From the NCBI GenBank assembly GCA_029953675.1, contig JAMWBK010000004.1, positions 1,054,001 through 1,118,000 of the forward strand: a stretch of DNA of 64,000 bases. Reading direction: 5' to 3'. Each line of letters opens with the position of its first letter. Positions within the stretch are counted from its first letter, which is position 1. This DNA comes from Rhodosorus marinus CCMP1338. Lineage: Eukaryota > Plantae > Rhodophyta. The notes beneath the pieces are model-generated. The model had not been told where the DNA came from. It did no database searches and worked only from the letters and a program-made list of their open reading frames with translations. This document shows positions 44,950 to 56,484 of this stretch, piece by piece. The position numbers were made by a program, and so were the translations under genes.

Positions 44950-45633
44950 TCAAAGGGCAGTGTACGTGTACTCGATGTTCTGCCTAGCAGTGGAGCAGGG
45001 GAAATCCTTGGTGCAGACAGAGTACCTACGAATAGTCTGGAGCTCCGTGGGGCCTCGTGCAAGGTCGTTGAGTTCGATGACGGTTTCGCCTATGAGCTCG
45101 TCCCTTGTGTATCTGTCCGAGTCCTTAAGCGAGATGCGAATCTCGGTGTAAAAGTCATAGCCGAAATCTAATGTAGTCTTCAGATCCTTACCCTCCAACA
45201 TGTTCTCAAAGACACCCGTCTTCGATTTGACGGTTTCCCCGTAGTAAGTCTTCGCCTCAACCTCGACGAAGTAGTCAGAAAAGTCCGAATCGTTGAAGAC
45301 ACTCCCCCATGCTGAGTCGTCCTTATCAGGAACTACACCAATAAACTCTCTAACGGAGACCCTCAGCTTCCCGTAAGGCCTCGTGCACTGTTTCAGCGAC
45401 CATCCCCTCTTGCAGGAGCACTTGTATCCTGTCGAGTAGTCCCGGCATGTCGATCCATTCCTACAAAGATCCGAGCTACACATCGGCACAGGCGGCTTCG
45501 GGTCTGAACCTCCCGGTCCCGAGCCGGGGTTGAACGGTGGATCGATACTTCCTCCAAGTCGAATTGCACTGGCGGAGCTGGCGAGAACCGCCAGTACGAG
45601 CCCCACAACACAAACTTGAGTGTACTTGGCCAT
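44950..45633 (-). CDS. Secreted EGF-like plus C2 domain protein, 227 aa
   Basis: Signal peptide; EGF CSSDLCRNGSTCRDYSTGYKCSCKRGWSLKQC; C2 pattern SDYFVEV..KTGVF..IRISLKDSDRYTRDELIG. Confidence 0.85.
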   Translation of the reverse strand: MAKYTQVCVVGLVLAVLASSASAIRLGGSIDPPFNPGSGPGGSDPKPPVPMCSSDLCRNGSTCRDYSTGYKCSCKRGWSLKQCTRPYGKLRVSVREFIGVVPDKDDSAWGSVFNDSDFSDYFVEVEAKTYYGETVKSKTGVFENMLEGKDLKTTLDFGYDFYTEIRISLKDSDRYTRDELIGETVIELNDLARGPTELQTIRRYSVCTKDFPCSTARQNIEYTYTAL

Positions 45634-46471
45634 CTCCTGCTTCTTTCAGTTCTTCTTCTTCTATCGTCGTGTTCTCACAGTAACGATCTGTTTTGATGTA
45701 TGGCACTTCAACTAGCCAGTGTCTGAGGTGGACCCCAACACTCCGCTCTTATAGTCGAAGACTCGAGGCGTTAGAACTTTAGCGTGCACGTGTCGTTCAT
45801 TGAAACGTATGGAGCCTTTTGCGATACTCTGCAAGCTGGCCCTTTCATGGGCACGCAAGATGATTGATGGTGTCGCCCCTAGTGAATGTCACTATTTTCC
45901 TATCATCCTAGTTCCACACCCAGTCTCCGCGGCGTTTTTCGCGATGATCGCTAGCCCTCGCATAGGGGCGTGCCATCGAAGTGAAGCTAAATGCTGCAGA
46001 ACGTAATCCGCTTGCAAGTACCTGAATCTGAGCTCTGTAATTTGCGTTCAGTGAATTCTCAAGTCCCGAGCGATTGGGAATCCCAAGGACTCGTCCCTGA
46101 CTCAAAGTTTATTGAACGGACGAAAACGAATTGCCCACAGCTGTCGAGCTTGATGTCAGGATCAAGAGATGCGCTTGAATGTGCTTTCCCCATATTCACG
46201 TAGAGCGGGCTCCCTTGTGCACCTCTTTAGCTACGCATTCACACCCAAGGCACTACTGCACGCACCCCTTCCCCCGCTCGCTCCAAACTCAAACCCCTCA
46301 TAATGGGACCATCAAACAACATTCAAGAGGGGCTGCACTATATAGCCGCATCGCCTGAGCACGACCTCTCTCGCGAGAAGGCTCACAATTAAGAGAACCG
46401 CCCGTCGGGAGGGCTGACACTGGAATCAATCTCCTCAAATTAACCTTGATTGAATAAGACTAAATAATAAG

Positions 46472-46555
46472 ATTAATAATATTATTTTTATTAAATCCCT
46501 GTCCAATTCAATCCACGTGGCTCGGACGAGGGATTTTAATAACAATATTATTATT
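46472..46555. repeat. AT-rich imperfect inverted repeat, about 30-bp arms
   Basis: TAATAATATTATTTTTATTAAATCCCTGTCC pairs with GGACGAGGGATTTTAATAACAATATTATTA. Confidence 0.7.
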
Positions 46556-46684
46556 GTAAATATTTAGTACTCCGTGGTTTGTTCTATTTGTACTAGTAGT
46601 TTTTCAACCTGAAGATCTACGCAGAGTTCAAAAGGGAACTGTGACCGTTTATTCCAACTACTTAGCGTGAATCAATCTGTTCAA

Positions 46685-46850
46685 TGGGGCGCTGAAAGGA
46701 AGAAAACGCGAGGGGAAGAAAGCGACTAAGCACGGCGAAGATCGCCCCCCTCCAACATCAAAGCAGCGTTCATACGCTACACAAGAAACTTAAACGGTTA
46801 AGCGACGAGGACAGACGGTCAGGGCGTTCGCGGAACAATTCCCGAAACTA
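46685..46850 (-). mobile_element. Diverged family A 3' fragment
   Basis: Reverse complement encodes FRERPDRL..NAALMLEG; A-type UTR. Confidence 0.75.
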
Positions 46851-46874
46851 CTGAATGTAGCGCTAGGGATACGC

Positions 46875-47490
46875 AAGAAAAGTTCGATAGGCTAGGCTAA
46901 GGAGACCCCAGAGCGGGTAAGAAGGCTGAATTCTATGGGAAACAGTGTCCGAACACTTTCATCATTAAGCATGGCATGGCGCCAAGCGAGCCATGCCAAC
47001 GTAAGAAAAGTACGATAGGCTAGGCTAAGGAGACCCCAGAGCGGGTAAGAAGACTGAATTCTATGGGAAACAGTGTCCGAACACTTTCATGATTAAGCAT
47101 GGCATGGCGCCAAGCGAGCCGTACCACGCCAGAGTTCTCGATTCAGACACACGTGCACGAGAGTTTGCGCGTCCGCCTTGCGTTCGAGATGTTGAGTAGC
47201 CTCTTTTAGGAAATCTCGTGCGGCTTGACCACGTCGTCCAAACCCTTTGACGGCGAAAGGTACAAATTAAAAGTCATTGTGATCACCGATGGTATCACTA
47301 TATTTGGCTCTTTTCCGTGCTTCAGCATTGACTGCATGCATAGCCGGTTTGACCAACGGCACGAGCGACTAGATGGACTCCTAGCGGGGATTCTACGTTG
47401 ACATCAAGAATATACTCATTACGGGTACGATGATGACGAACAGCAATGTCGGGTCGGAGACGGCTACCCTCAAAAAGGTTGGGGTTACCG
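46875..47490 (-). mobile_element. Family C (C3) RLE/3' fragment with a 128-bp tandem duplication of its terminus
   Basis: 47160-47490 is roughly 85% similar by eye to 43370-43700. Units 46875-47002 and 47003-47120 are duplicated. Confidence 0.75.
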
Positions 47491-50400
47491 TGAACGCTTT
47501 ACTAAAGGACTCTCTATTGGAGCCCGTAAGGAGGAATTAAAGAGTCTATCTATGCGTTAAAAAAACCCTCATGGGTTATGTGGCTAGGTTCTACTACAGG
47601 GATGATCTCATAGTTCCCTTCGTCAATTCGGGGCGCCTGCGGGCAAGTGGTGCATTCCCTTTCCATAAGGATCGGTCAGAATCGCGCGTGCGTTGCTGAA
47701 TTGTGTCGATGGGTGTTGCAAGTTCAGGGTCACCTCTTTCAAGAATTCATCAGCTTGCTTACCCATCCTACCGAACGTCTCCACGCAGGAGGGCACGAAA
47801 ATGTCGTCATTGTGAGCTCCGATCGCATCCCGGTACTTGGACTCTTTAAACTTCTCGGCCTTCTGCCCCTGTTTCCCAGGACGCATCGTGTAGGTAGGTC
47901 TTTCGCATCGGCGAGTCTTTGACGTCGATCACGTACAGCTTCCCTGTCCGAGGATGGCGTGCTAAAATATCCGGTCGAAGGTGGCTGCCTGGGTAGTGTC
48001 CGCTCGGTTCCAGCGTCACCTCCAGTCTCCATTGTCTCACTTGTGTAGCAAGAGCGTCCCGGACAATATTGTGTCGCAGGGCCCAGCTCCCTGTAGAACT
48101 GGTGCAGTGGTACCGGCTTTGAACGGCTACAGAGTCATTCAAGGCCGGTACCACTGCACACATAGTACATGTACTAAGTGTTCGTACTCGCGCAACCGGC
48201 AATCCCAGCAGTTGTCTCAGGCTTAGGTTCACTTCGTCTGTGTTCAGACGGCGCGGGTGTCTCGAGGAGAAGTCTCGCAGCCAGGCGCTCCCTCCTGATC
48301 CGGTGCAGGAACTGAAACGCGCACGCACCGTCTCACTCATCCCCGGGTTCTCCACCGATTCTTCAAACGCCGTCTGTGCCTCCAGTTCGATAGGAGTTTT
48401 TGGATGGAACCGATCATGGGCTTTTCGGCGGGATTTTGCGGATTCCCGTCTTCTTCCCCTGTGGCAAAGCGATTTCCAGTCCATATTGCAGAGGACTGGT
48501 GCCTGAGTTCTTCGTGCAAGGCTGCGTTTCGACTGCAGGCTTGCTTCAAGGATGAGTTCGCTTAGTTTTTGAGTCGAATGCGTCAGTGGTCGAGGACCAC
48601 GGTCTTCGTCTAAGTTCGTTGTCGTACACGAATGGCGTAGCTCGTCTAGGTTCTAGAATCCGTCCAGTTGTGCTCGAGAGTCTGTCGCCCACTGCTGAAA
48701 AAGGCAAGGGGTTGTATCCTTCCGCGCATTGTCAGACGTACTCCACCCGAGCGGCAGGGGAGTTGGATCTGCGCTTGAACCGCGTCTTTTTCGGCTTCAG
48801 AGAGTCCTTGTCCTTCTAGAAGCGAGCTGTAAAGTTTGTTGAGCTCTATCAGTGATATGCGATCTGCTTCTAGTGCTAGAGTTGCACCGTATGGCAGTGC
48901 CAAGCTGCGGAGAAAGTAGTACCAGGTGAGCTGCCGCAATGTGCATGGCGTGTTCGCATTCACCGCTGACCGAAATGCCGAGTTGTTCCGGGAGGAGAAA
49001 GTCGCGAAGGGGCTGGGCGACTGCGCGAAGTGTCCACGGGGTCACAGCCATCCTCAGCACCTCAGGAATCCCGAGCGGGCGGAGGCGAAGTGGCTCTCCT
49101 TGTGAGGTGGCGGCAGGGGTCCTCTAGTCTTTGGCAAGCTGTCGGTTACTGCGCATGGCATCTAGAAAGACGTCCGGAAAGCTCTCTGGAGTGGTAGCGA
49201 GCTGGCGGAGAATGCGGAGGAGCACCGGTTGGGTTGTCATGGCCAGGTATCGCAGGTGCTCAGCTTTAAGGCCACTCGGTGCGGGGGCAGTGGCGTACTG
49301 TAATTGTTCGACCGTTGACAGTAGGCTCTCGTCAGAGGCCAGAGTAGGTCCCAAACGTGTCTGTCTGGGCGAGACAGTATTGCCTGTAGGGCGTCCTCGA
49401 GCTCAGACGAGAGAGTTGTGGCCTAGTACTCCGGGAAGACCGCTGTCAGAGCTCGCCAGGTGCGGAGGTTTTCGGCGCGATATCAGTGGCCAGCAGGAGT
49501 TGACTAGATTGCGAGAGGCGTTGAGCTTTGGCGAGTTGAATCGCTCGTTTGTGTCCATGGCGCGCGGGAGTCGGCGGAGATATGGTATTGTCGCCGTCGC
49601 GGGTTCCGCGGTGGTTGGTGGCGTGCTCCCACACTTTGTCGAACCTTCCGTTCATGATTTCGGTCATCTGCGCAAAAGGGGCCAGATCTTCAGTGCGTCC
49701 CAGTGCAAGGCTTGGGAGAGACGAAGATGAACAGTCTTGACAAGTCCGGAGCCGAGGGGTCGAGAGCGAGGTCCAGGTCCAGGGCGGTGGCCATGAGGCG
49801 GTTCCAACGAGTTTTTAGGTTGTCCGGAACGAACTGGCGGGTACGCCTCGGTGCTTGAGTGAGCAGCCACCAGCGGGCCCCGTTGTCAGTCATATTGGCA
49901 GTAAAGGCGTGCAGAGATGAGAGGCAAGCCGTCGAGTCAGTCTCCAGAACCGATGAAGTAGAATTGGTAGATCGTTTGCGGCGAGCACGAGCCGAGCGCA
50001 GGGAAGCAGGTGGACTCGGAGTATATTCGTCGGACGAGCTGCTCATTGTTGGATATTCAAAGAGGGGGCGGTCGGGAGGTCCTCATCAGCTGGCTTCTGG
50101 CGCTTGGTGGGTTGTGCCATATTCCTCTGGTCTTGGGCCGTCGAAATGCCCTGCATCGCTCCTCAGGGGTCACTGGTTGACCGCTAGCGATGGAGGGGTC
50201 AGGCTCAGAGGCTAGTCGACCACCGGCTGTCGCGACAGGCGTGCCAGGCGTGTTGTCCTTCCGAGCATCTGGGACTTGGGCCCCCAAGGCGTTGTCTCGG
50301 CAAGGGGTTCCGCACTCTCCCTCCCCAGGGCCCAGCTGTGGGCTTGCGTCAGGGGTAGGTCGTGGTTGTGTGAGCTCAGGGTCCTGGAAGGGGACCGGGA

Positions 50401-51040
50401 TACAGGAACCTGGTGTGCTCTGAGCGTGCGAGTGTAGACTGGCCAGGGTGCGATCCAGCTCAGCTCGGACGTGGCTGAGGAGTTTCTCCCGGGTGTTGGG
50501 AGGGAGTCCCCTGCGGCTTTGCGCGATCCGTTGGATGCGTCGGTATCGTAGCCGGTTGTGGATCAATGTTACGCGTGGATAGTCCTCGAGTCGACGTCGA
50601 AGCTTCTCTCTCATGCGCAAGTAGTCCATAGAGGTCGCAGAGAGCTTAACCACCTGGATTCGTTAGCCAGAAGAGAGGTTGCCGCGAGTAGGTTGGAATG
50701 TTCCGGCATTCACAGAGTCCCGGACCAGTTTCAGGGTGGACCGTTGTGCGATAATGTGCACATGGTGGTCAAAACAGTCCAGCTGGAGCAAGGGGTTCTT
50801 CTGGAGTCCAGCAAGGCGTTCGATATCCCACGCGTGAGTGGCTTTGCTTCTGCTTGCGTCTCGACGTCTCGCGTTGAGGAGCACGGAGGCGATGTCGGCC
50901 TTGCTCAGGTATTCCGTTCCTTGAATACTCTCAAAAACTGAGCAATTGGCGGCAGCAGATGTTCGGTTCGAGCGGACACGTGTCGTCCAATTCATTGGTC
51001 GGTGGGGTTCTCCGTGCGTGCTCATTGGCGGTGGCTACCC
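47490..51040 (-). mobile_element. Family C (C1) long copy: N-terminal module, pre-RT, deleted RT core, zinc knuckle, RLE, 3' end
   Basis: APSGLKAEHL, LRPLGIPEVLR, EQLGISVSG then a direct jump to YYFLRSL, QLPCRSGG, ARFSSCTGSGGSAWLRD, RHNIVRD, LRPDILARHP, VETFG. Confidence 0.85.
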
Positions 51041-51620
51041 GAATCTCATGCAGGAGCCACCGCGTTCATCACGACTGAGAATATGTCGCAAAGTCCAGTT
51101 CCCGGCCGAAGTTGAGGAGTGGAATAAGCGTTCAATCCCATCCGGAGCGGAGCATGAGGTTTGGCACGGACTGTCCATTCAGCGGTAGTGCGAAGACCCG
51201 GTATCGGCCAGCTCCAAAAGAAGGCGTAGCCGTAGCGAGTTTCTGAGGTGGAAAGGAGTTCTAACCCCCGGCTAGGGAGGTCACGGAGCCAGCTGCCAGC
51301 GCCAGCACCAGAACGTGGCCGACATCGACGCCTTAGTGCTCTCAACGCGAGACCTCGAGACGAAAGCAGAAGCAAAGCCACTCACGCGTGAGATATCGAA
51401 CGCCTTGTCGGACTCCAAAAGAACTCCTTGCTCCAGCTGGACTATTTTGATCACCATGATCTGACACGGGCACGAGTGCAATCGGCAACAGCAGGATTAT
51501 CCACGACATCCTCAAACGCTCTACGGTGACTCTCCTGAGAGAATAGTTGTTGTACGGACCAATCGAGGGGAGGGTTGAGGGAGGCCGGAACGGCAGCAGC
51601 TTACCTAAGGGCTAGCTTCC
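51040..51620 (-). mobile_element. Family C post-RT fragment carrying a 141-bp inverted insert
   Basis: QQLFSQESHRRAFEDVVD..RARVRS | insert 51315-51455 | SGAGAGSWLRDLP..PIPGLRT. Confidence 0.75.
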
Positions 51621-52530
51621 ACAGCATTAAGAACAACTGTCGAATTCTCCCGAGAAGGTCCACGCAGACTCCTCTAGTATCAAGGGGGGTTTGTCAATGC
51701 CCTAGTATGGTTGGCTAAGCTACGCAGCAGTAGAAAACCCAGTAAGAGAATGGCAGCGCAGAAACTCCTCACCTGTTCCAGATATGTTGACATCCGTAAC
51801 AGATAGACGGTGTCTTTGCAGGTTAACACCTGTCAAACATGCAGGGCAACCCATGCAAACTAGAATGACAGCTCAGAGACTAACGTCTGTCGGGTCATTC
51901 TCTCCCAGGGTTTTCCACTCTTGCCTTCATCTTTTCTGCTTTCATTCTAATTGAAAGTCATTCTCTTGTTCATCTATTTCGTTTCTCAAGCGTCTGGGAC
52001 ATTCTCATGCTATTGCCGTACGCTGCGTCTTTCCAAGCCTGCGGCAACTTACTCGTGCAATCTCCGTATAATCTCCGGGCTTCCGTCGTGGACAATGTCA
52101 CGATGACCGCCAAGGTAGAGCGGAGCTGGTGGTCTTGCTCTTGCTGTTGTACACTGGGACTGAAAGCGATGAGTGCGCAGCAGGGATTAGATTGCTAGGC
52201 GGCTTGACATACTCTGAGACACATCAACCTTGTCCCATCCGTCGAGCTGTCCAGATGTGACAAAGGGGGGGAAGGGTTTGGTCTTGGTATTGGTCGGGCT
52301 TCCCTTGAAGCGGCTTTCGTGGGCCGAGGCCTTTATTTCTCGATCAGTGGCGTTCTTGGTTCGTAGGCCCCATAGGTTCATGGAAAAAGCAACAAAGTAA
52401 GAGGAGGACAAATTGGGATGGATTCTCTTTCCTGGTCTCCAGGCGAATAGACCAATCAAAGCACTTTCCCACATGGCCACCCTCGAAGATCCCCAATTCC
52501 TCCCTTCGAAGCATTCTAGTAAGACGGCTT

Positions 52531-53562
52531 TCAGTTCTCAAGGACAACACCTCTCTGCTCGGTGTGAAGGACCTTACCGCCTTTGTTACTAATAGTGACG
52601 CGAATTATGTAGTTCGTGTTTTCTTTGAGGTCACCGTAGGTCAACGTGAGCGTGACACTTCCCGGGCCAGGAGCGACATTCGCCTTGGCCTGACTGAGAC
52701 GCCTCCTCGTGTTTCTCAGTTCAGCCTTAACCACACGGCCGTTAGAGACGTCCGATTTCGCGACATAGTAAACCTTCACGGGGAGACTCCCACTGCCTGG
52801 AATGGTCTGGTACTTGCTGAGAAGCGAAGCGTGATCGTAGAGTCGTAAAAATACGGGTTGTTCCACTGTTTGACCTCCCATTTCAGCGACTACCGTATAG
52901 GGTCCGTTCGCTCCAGTAAGCCCGCTATACTTCAGAGGGCCAATATTCAGCATATCCCCATAGCCACGACCAATGTTCACCGTCTTCTCAGCAACTACAC
53001 CGCCTCCGCCGTTTTGCAGACGGACAGAGAGAGTTCCCGCTGCGGTGCTGCCCCAGCTGACCCTCGCCCAGTAGGGTCCTCTGCCAGTGATCTTCCCGCG
53101 GTTAACGTTCGGTGGGATTTGAAGAGAGTTGGAAGTTGGAGGCGTAGGCCTGTTCTCTGCCTTGGCGACATAGAGATCTGTTGCAAGAGGGTTTCCGAAG
53201 TCACCGCCAGGTTGCAGCACATCCGCTCGGACTACATAGAACTGTCCGGTCTGGAGTGGTGGATTGAAGAACGCTAGTAGCACATCACGCTGCCCGGATC
53301 CCGCCCCGACAGAGATTTTCTTGAACTTGTTGAACCCAGCCGATGACACCGGTTTGATGAAAACAATGATTTCGGTAGCTGCACTGCTCTGGTACTGCAT
53401 CATCACCTTGACACCAGAAGTCTTCACCATCTGCCTCTTGTTCACGATCGTGATGGAGGCCGGTGCCTGACGAACAGAGGTATCCAAGGACACACCTCCA
53501 TTCTCACCAAACACGGCGACGCTCAACAGGCAGAATGCCAAAACCCACAAGCGAACCCCCAT
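52531..53562 (-). CDS. Secreted protein with about three beta-rich Ig-like repeats, 343 aa
   Basis: Signal peptide MGVRLWVLAFCLLSVAVFG. Three segments share a 'V.V.Y.S....I.V.L.......K...V..G.G...L' pattern; the fold is inferred. Confidence 0.72.
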   Translation of the reverse strand: MGVRLWVLAFCLLSVAVFGENGGVSLDTSVRQAPASITIVNKRQMVKTSGVKVMMQYQSSAATEIIVFIKPVSSAGFNKFKKISVGAGSGQRDVLLAFFNPPLQTGQFYVVRADVLQPGGDFGNPLATDLYVAKAENRPTPPTSNSLQIPPNVNRGKITGRGPYWARVSWGSTAAGTLSVRLQNGGGGVVAEKTVNIGRGYGDMLNIGPLKYSGLTGANGPYTVVAEMGGQTVEQPVFLRLYDHASLLSKYQTIPGSGSLPVKVYYVAKSDVSNGRVVKAELRNTRRRLSQAKANVAPGPGSVTLTLTYGDLKENTNYIIRVTISNKGGKVLHTEQRGVVLEN

Positions 53563-55800
53563 TTTTCTCGCTCAACTAACAAGATCAAGGAACAAGGCAA
53601 AAGCCTAAAACACAAGCAACAAACAGTAAACAAACAGGACTCTTAACCCGCACCCCGTTCAACTCCCTCCCCCCCTGCCACTATCAAACACGGTTCTATA
53701 TAGATATGTACATTCATGCAGATCGGCTAACTTCTTACAGTCAAAAATCGCCCACGCACATCTCCTAGATCATTTCTTGACGGAAAAACTCCCCCGGCAA
53801 TAAACGTTTTTTTTTTTCTTTTGCGTCATGAACAGGAACTGCCCTACGTGTTTTTCAACCCGAATAACCAAAAAAACCAACAAAAAAACCAACCGGATCC
53901 GGTTACATTCTCAAAATACGATTAAATTTTGCTTGACCTTCGCGATGAGAGGCCTGCTGGCCCCACTCGGAATTTGGAGGTTGAGAATCCAAGCAGCCGA
54001 ATTGAATTTTGATCAGATATAAAAACGGTAAATTAACTGTTAAATACGTTAATTGTAACGGATTATCTTAATTGTTTTTACCAAAACATTTAGATTTTAG
54101 ATTTTCTGGGTTATCGTAGACGGTTTTTCGGTTGAAATTGGCTGGACAGGGGTTGGGTCGATTAATATTCCACCGTAGAATGGACTGCATAAACGAGTTC
54201 AAGATGCCATTAATTCACGTTTATTTATATATTATCGTTTATTCTGTTTTATTATATCGTATATAAACTTTCAAGTGTTTTCGGAGAAGAGGGGGAGATG
54301 TTGGGGTCTAAGCCAGAGGTCAGTTAAAAAATTGAATTCGAGTTGGAGGCGGGAAATATCTGTCTTGGAAATTTTCTTCCAACGGAACTGTTCTATAAAT
54401 ACTGAAAATTACATGATAAGTTCTAACCTGCGCTAGCAATTATTCTTTCCAACTGTTTGTTTTGGAAAGCGAGCGAACTTTTTCAATCTAAAACCGTTAT
54501 AAGAAATCTGATGATCACAAATATAGAATTTCTGTTCTCTAAGATGTTTGTCCATAGATTAATAAATACCGTGCTATGGATATATATAGGCTGCCTCCTT
54601 TTTGTAAGCTTCTGGCAATTCCCGGCTGTCTCATTTGGAAAGAAAAAATTAGAAGTAGAGCAAGCCCCAGCTCAAATGCAATCAGAGAAATAGTCGTAAT
54701 AACTTGATATATTTTGAAAAAACAGGACCCTTTTCCAGGGGAAAAAAATCTCCAGCTCAGGAGCTCCTTACAACATAGCAAATATACATATACGTATACA
54801 TAATACGGTTATATACTTTTCAAAATATTTTTGTTTTTTGTGGGTTTATTGTAATTATAAATATACGGTGTTTCGTTTTCTAGTCGTGGCTTTTGGTTTG
54901 CTTTTTTTTCGCCTTTTGGCATCAAGGGTTCAAAAAAAAGGTTCATATTGAATATATGTATGCAATATTTATAATACGGTTTCGTATACTTTATTTTATT
55001 GATTAATTAATATATAAAAATTAATTACGGTCTGCGGGCATCGGGTGTAGTATTGTTTAGTAGTAGTTTTATTATGGAGGGGAGGAGGTTGAGACCAAGG
55101 AGTGGGATATCAACAGCTGATGGTGAACAAAGTTCACCGCCGCTTCTTCCTCTGGACTGCGACTGAACTTGTTTTTATAAGAATATTTGTTTCCGCGTAC
55201 TACCCCGTTTTGTTTTTGAATGTTTCCATAGTTGCGAGCTCGCAAAGGGGAAGCTACCATCCCACAACGGACCGGGAAAGGAACGAAGAGCGTTCCCGGG
55301 GGGGAAGGAGTTCGCCGATTAAAAGCCTGCGCGCACTCCCACAAGTAGCCAAGAGCTACAAGACCTGGCTATCTTGTTTGACTGTTTCGGTAAAAATTTG
55401 GCAGTAAAGATGGTCCGAGGGGAAGCGTGTATCGCGCAACACATATGTCTATATTCATTAATTAGCAGGTTAATAGACACTAGCATAGGGATTTCTGCTA
55501 CTTTTAGACACAAGGCGACCGAAAACTCCGTATGCAAACTTATCAGTGTTAGTGTCGATATATATTCAATGTTCGTAGAAGGGCGACCACCACTAGTTTT
55601 GAAATACACTTATTGGAACTGGATTTCCGCACGGTACGAATGACCCACGCCCGTGGTAAGGGCTGAATGAGCGCAAACGTACTAGCCACATAAGGTGTCG
55701 ATAAATAATCCCAATTCAATAGTTATCTAGGGCGAAATCGTCGTATTCCTCCTAATTGTCTCGGTTTTTAGGGCTATAGCTCAGACCTTGGTCTAGATGA

Positions 55801-55899
55801 ATTTGTTTGATAGGAGACTGAAGAAAAACCCCCCAGGCAAAAAAAGACTAAGCGGACGAAGATCGCCGGTGTTCGCGGAACAATTCCCGAAGCCACCCG
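55801..55899 (-). mobile_element. Short family A 3' fragment with a 12-bp target-site duplication
   Basis: Flanked by TGGTCTAGATGA (55789-55800) and TGGTCTAAATGA (55900-55911). Confidence 0.75.
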
Positions 55900-56484
55900 T
55901 GGTCTAAATGAGGGTCGAGTGGTGACCAATGCTAAGGGCATAACTAAGCCCTAAATGTACCTCTCTGAATAATTTAGTAACGAAGAAAGCATACAGCCAG
56001 CAGTGGGAAGGCTGTACGCTGTGCCAGGTGACTGAGCCGTGGCAATGTTTGTCTCGCCAGGCTCTTCCTTGGGAACCAGTAGCATGGCGCGCACGAGGAG
56101 GCTGAATAGTTTGTTGGCAACTTTTCTCCTGGTTTCTGAAGCGTGTCGGTGACTAACAGTGCTGCGCCGGCTGGTGTTCTGTTTGAGACATCCCTTGCCA
56201 CTGTGGTGGTGCCGAGCCAGCAACCCCCCAAGGTCCTGTGGGTGTGGATTTCTGGTATCTAGATTCACCGAGGCACCTCTGCGTTTCCATCCTGCACTAA
56301 ATGCAATAGATATTTCCCGAGCGGGAATAGATTCTCTTGGGTGGGGTTTTTTGAGATGTTGGTTTTTTCTTTCCTGGACCTTTTGGACTTCTAGAGAGAT
56401 CAAGACAACGTTCTTTTTTTCTTGGAGAAAATGCTTTGAATATGGCTTATAGCAGAACACCTCCACGTCGTGACGCCGACCCCT

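Noticed and set aside
46386-46400. ACCGCCCGTCG match to an SSU rRNA conserved motif
   Set aside because: An 11-nt match is expected by chance post hoc, and the flanks show no rRNA similarity.
53820-55050. AT-rich region with repeated TACGGT/AACCG motifs, a possible non-autonomous DNA transposon
   Set aside because: No convincing terminal inverted repeats or TSD were found.
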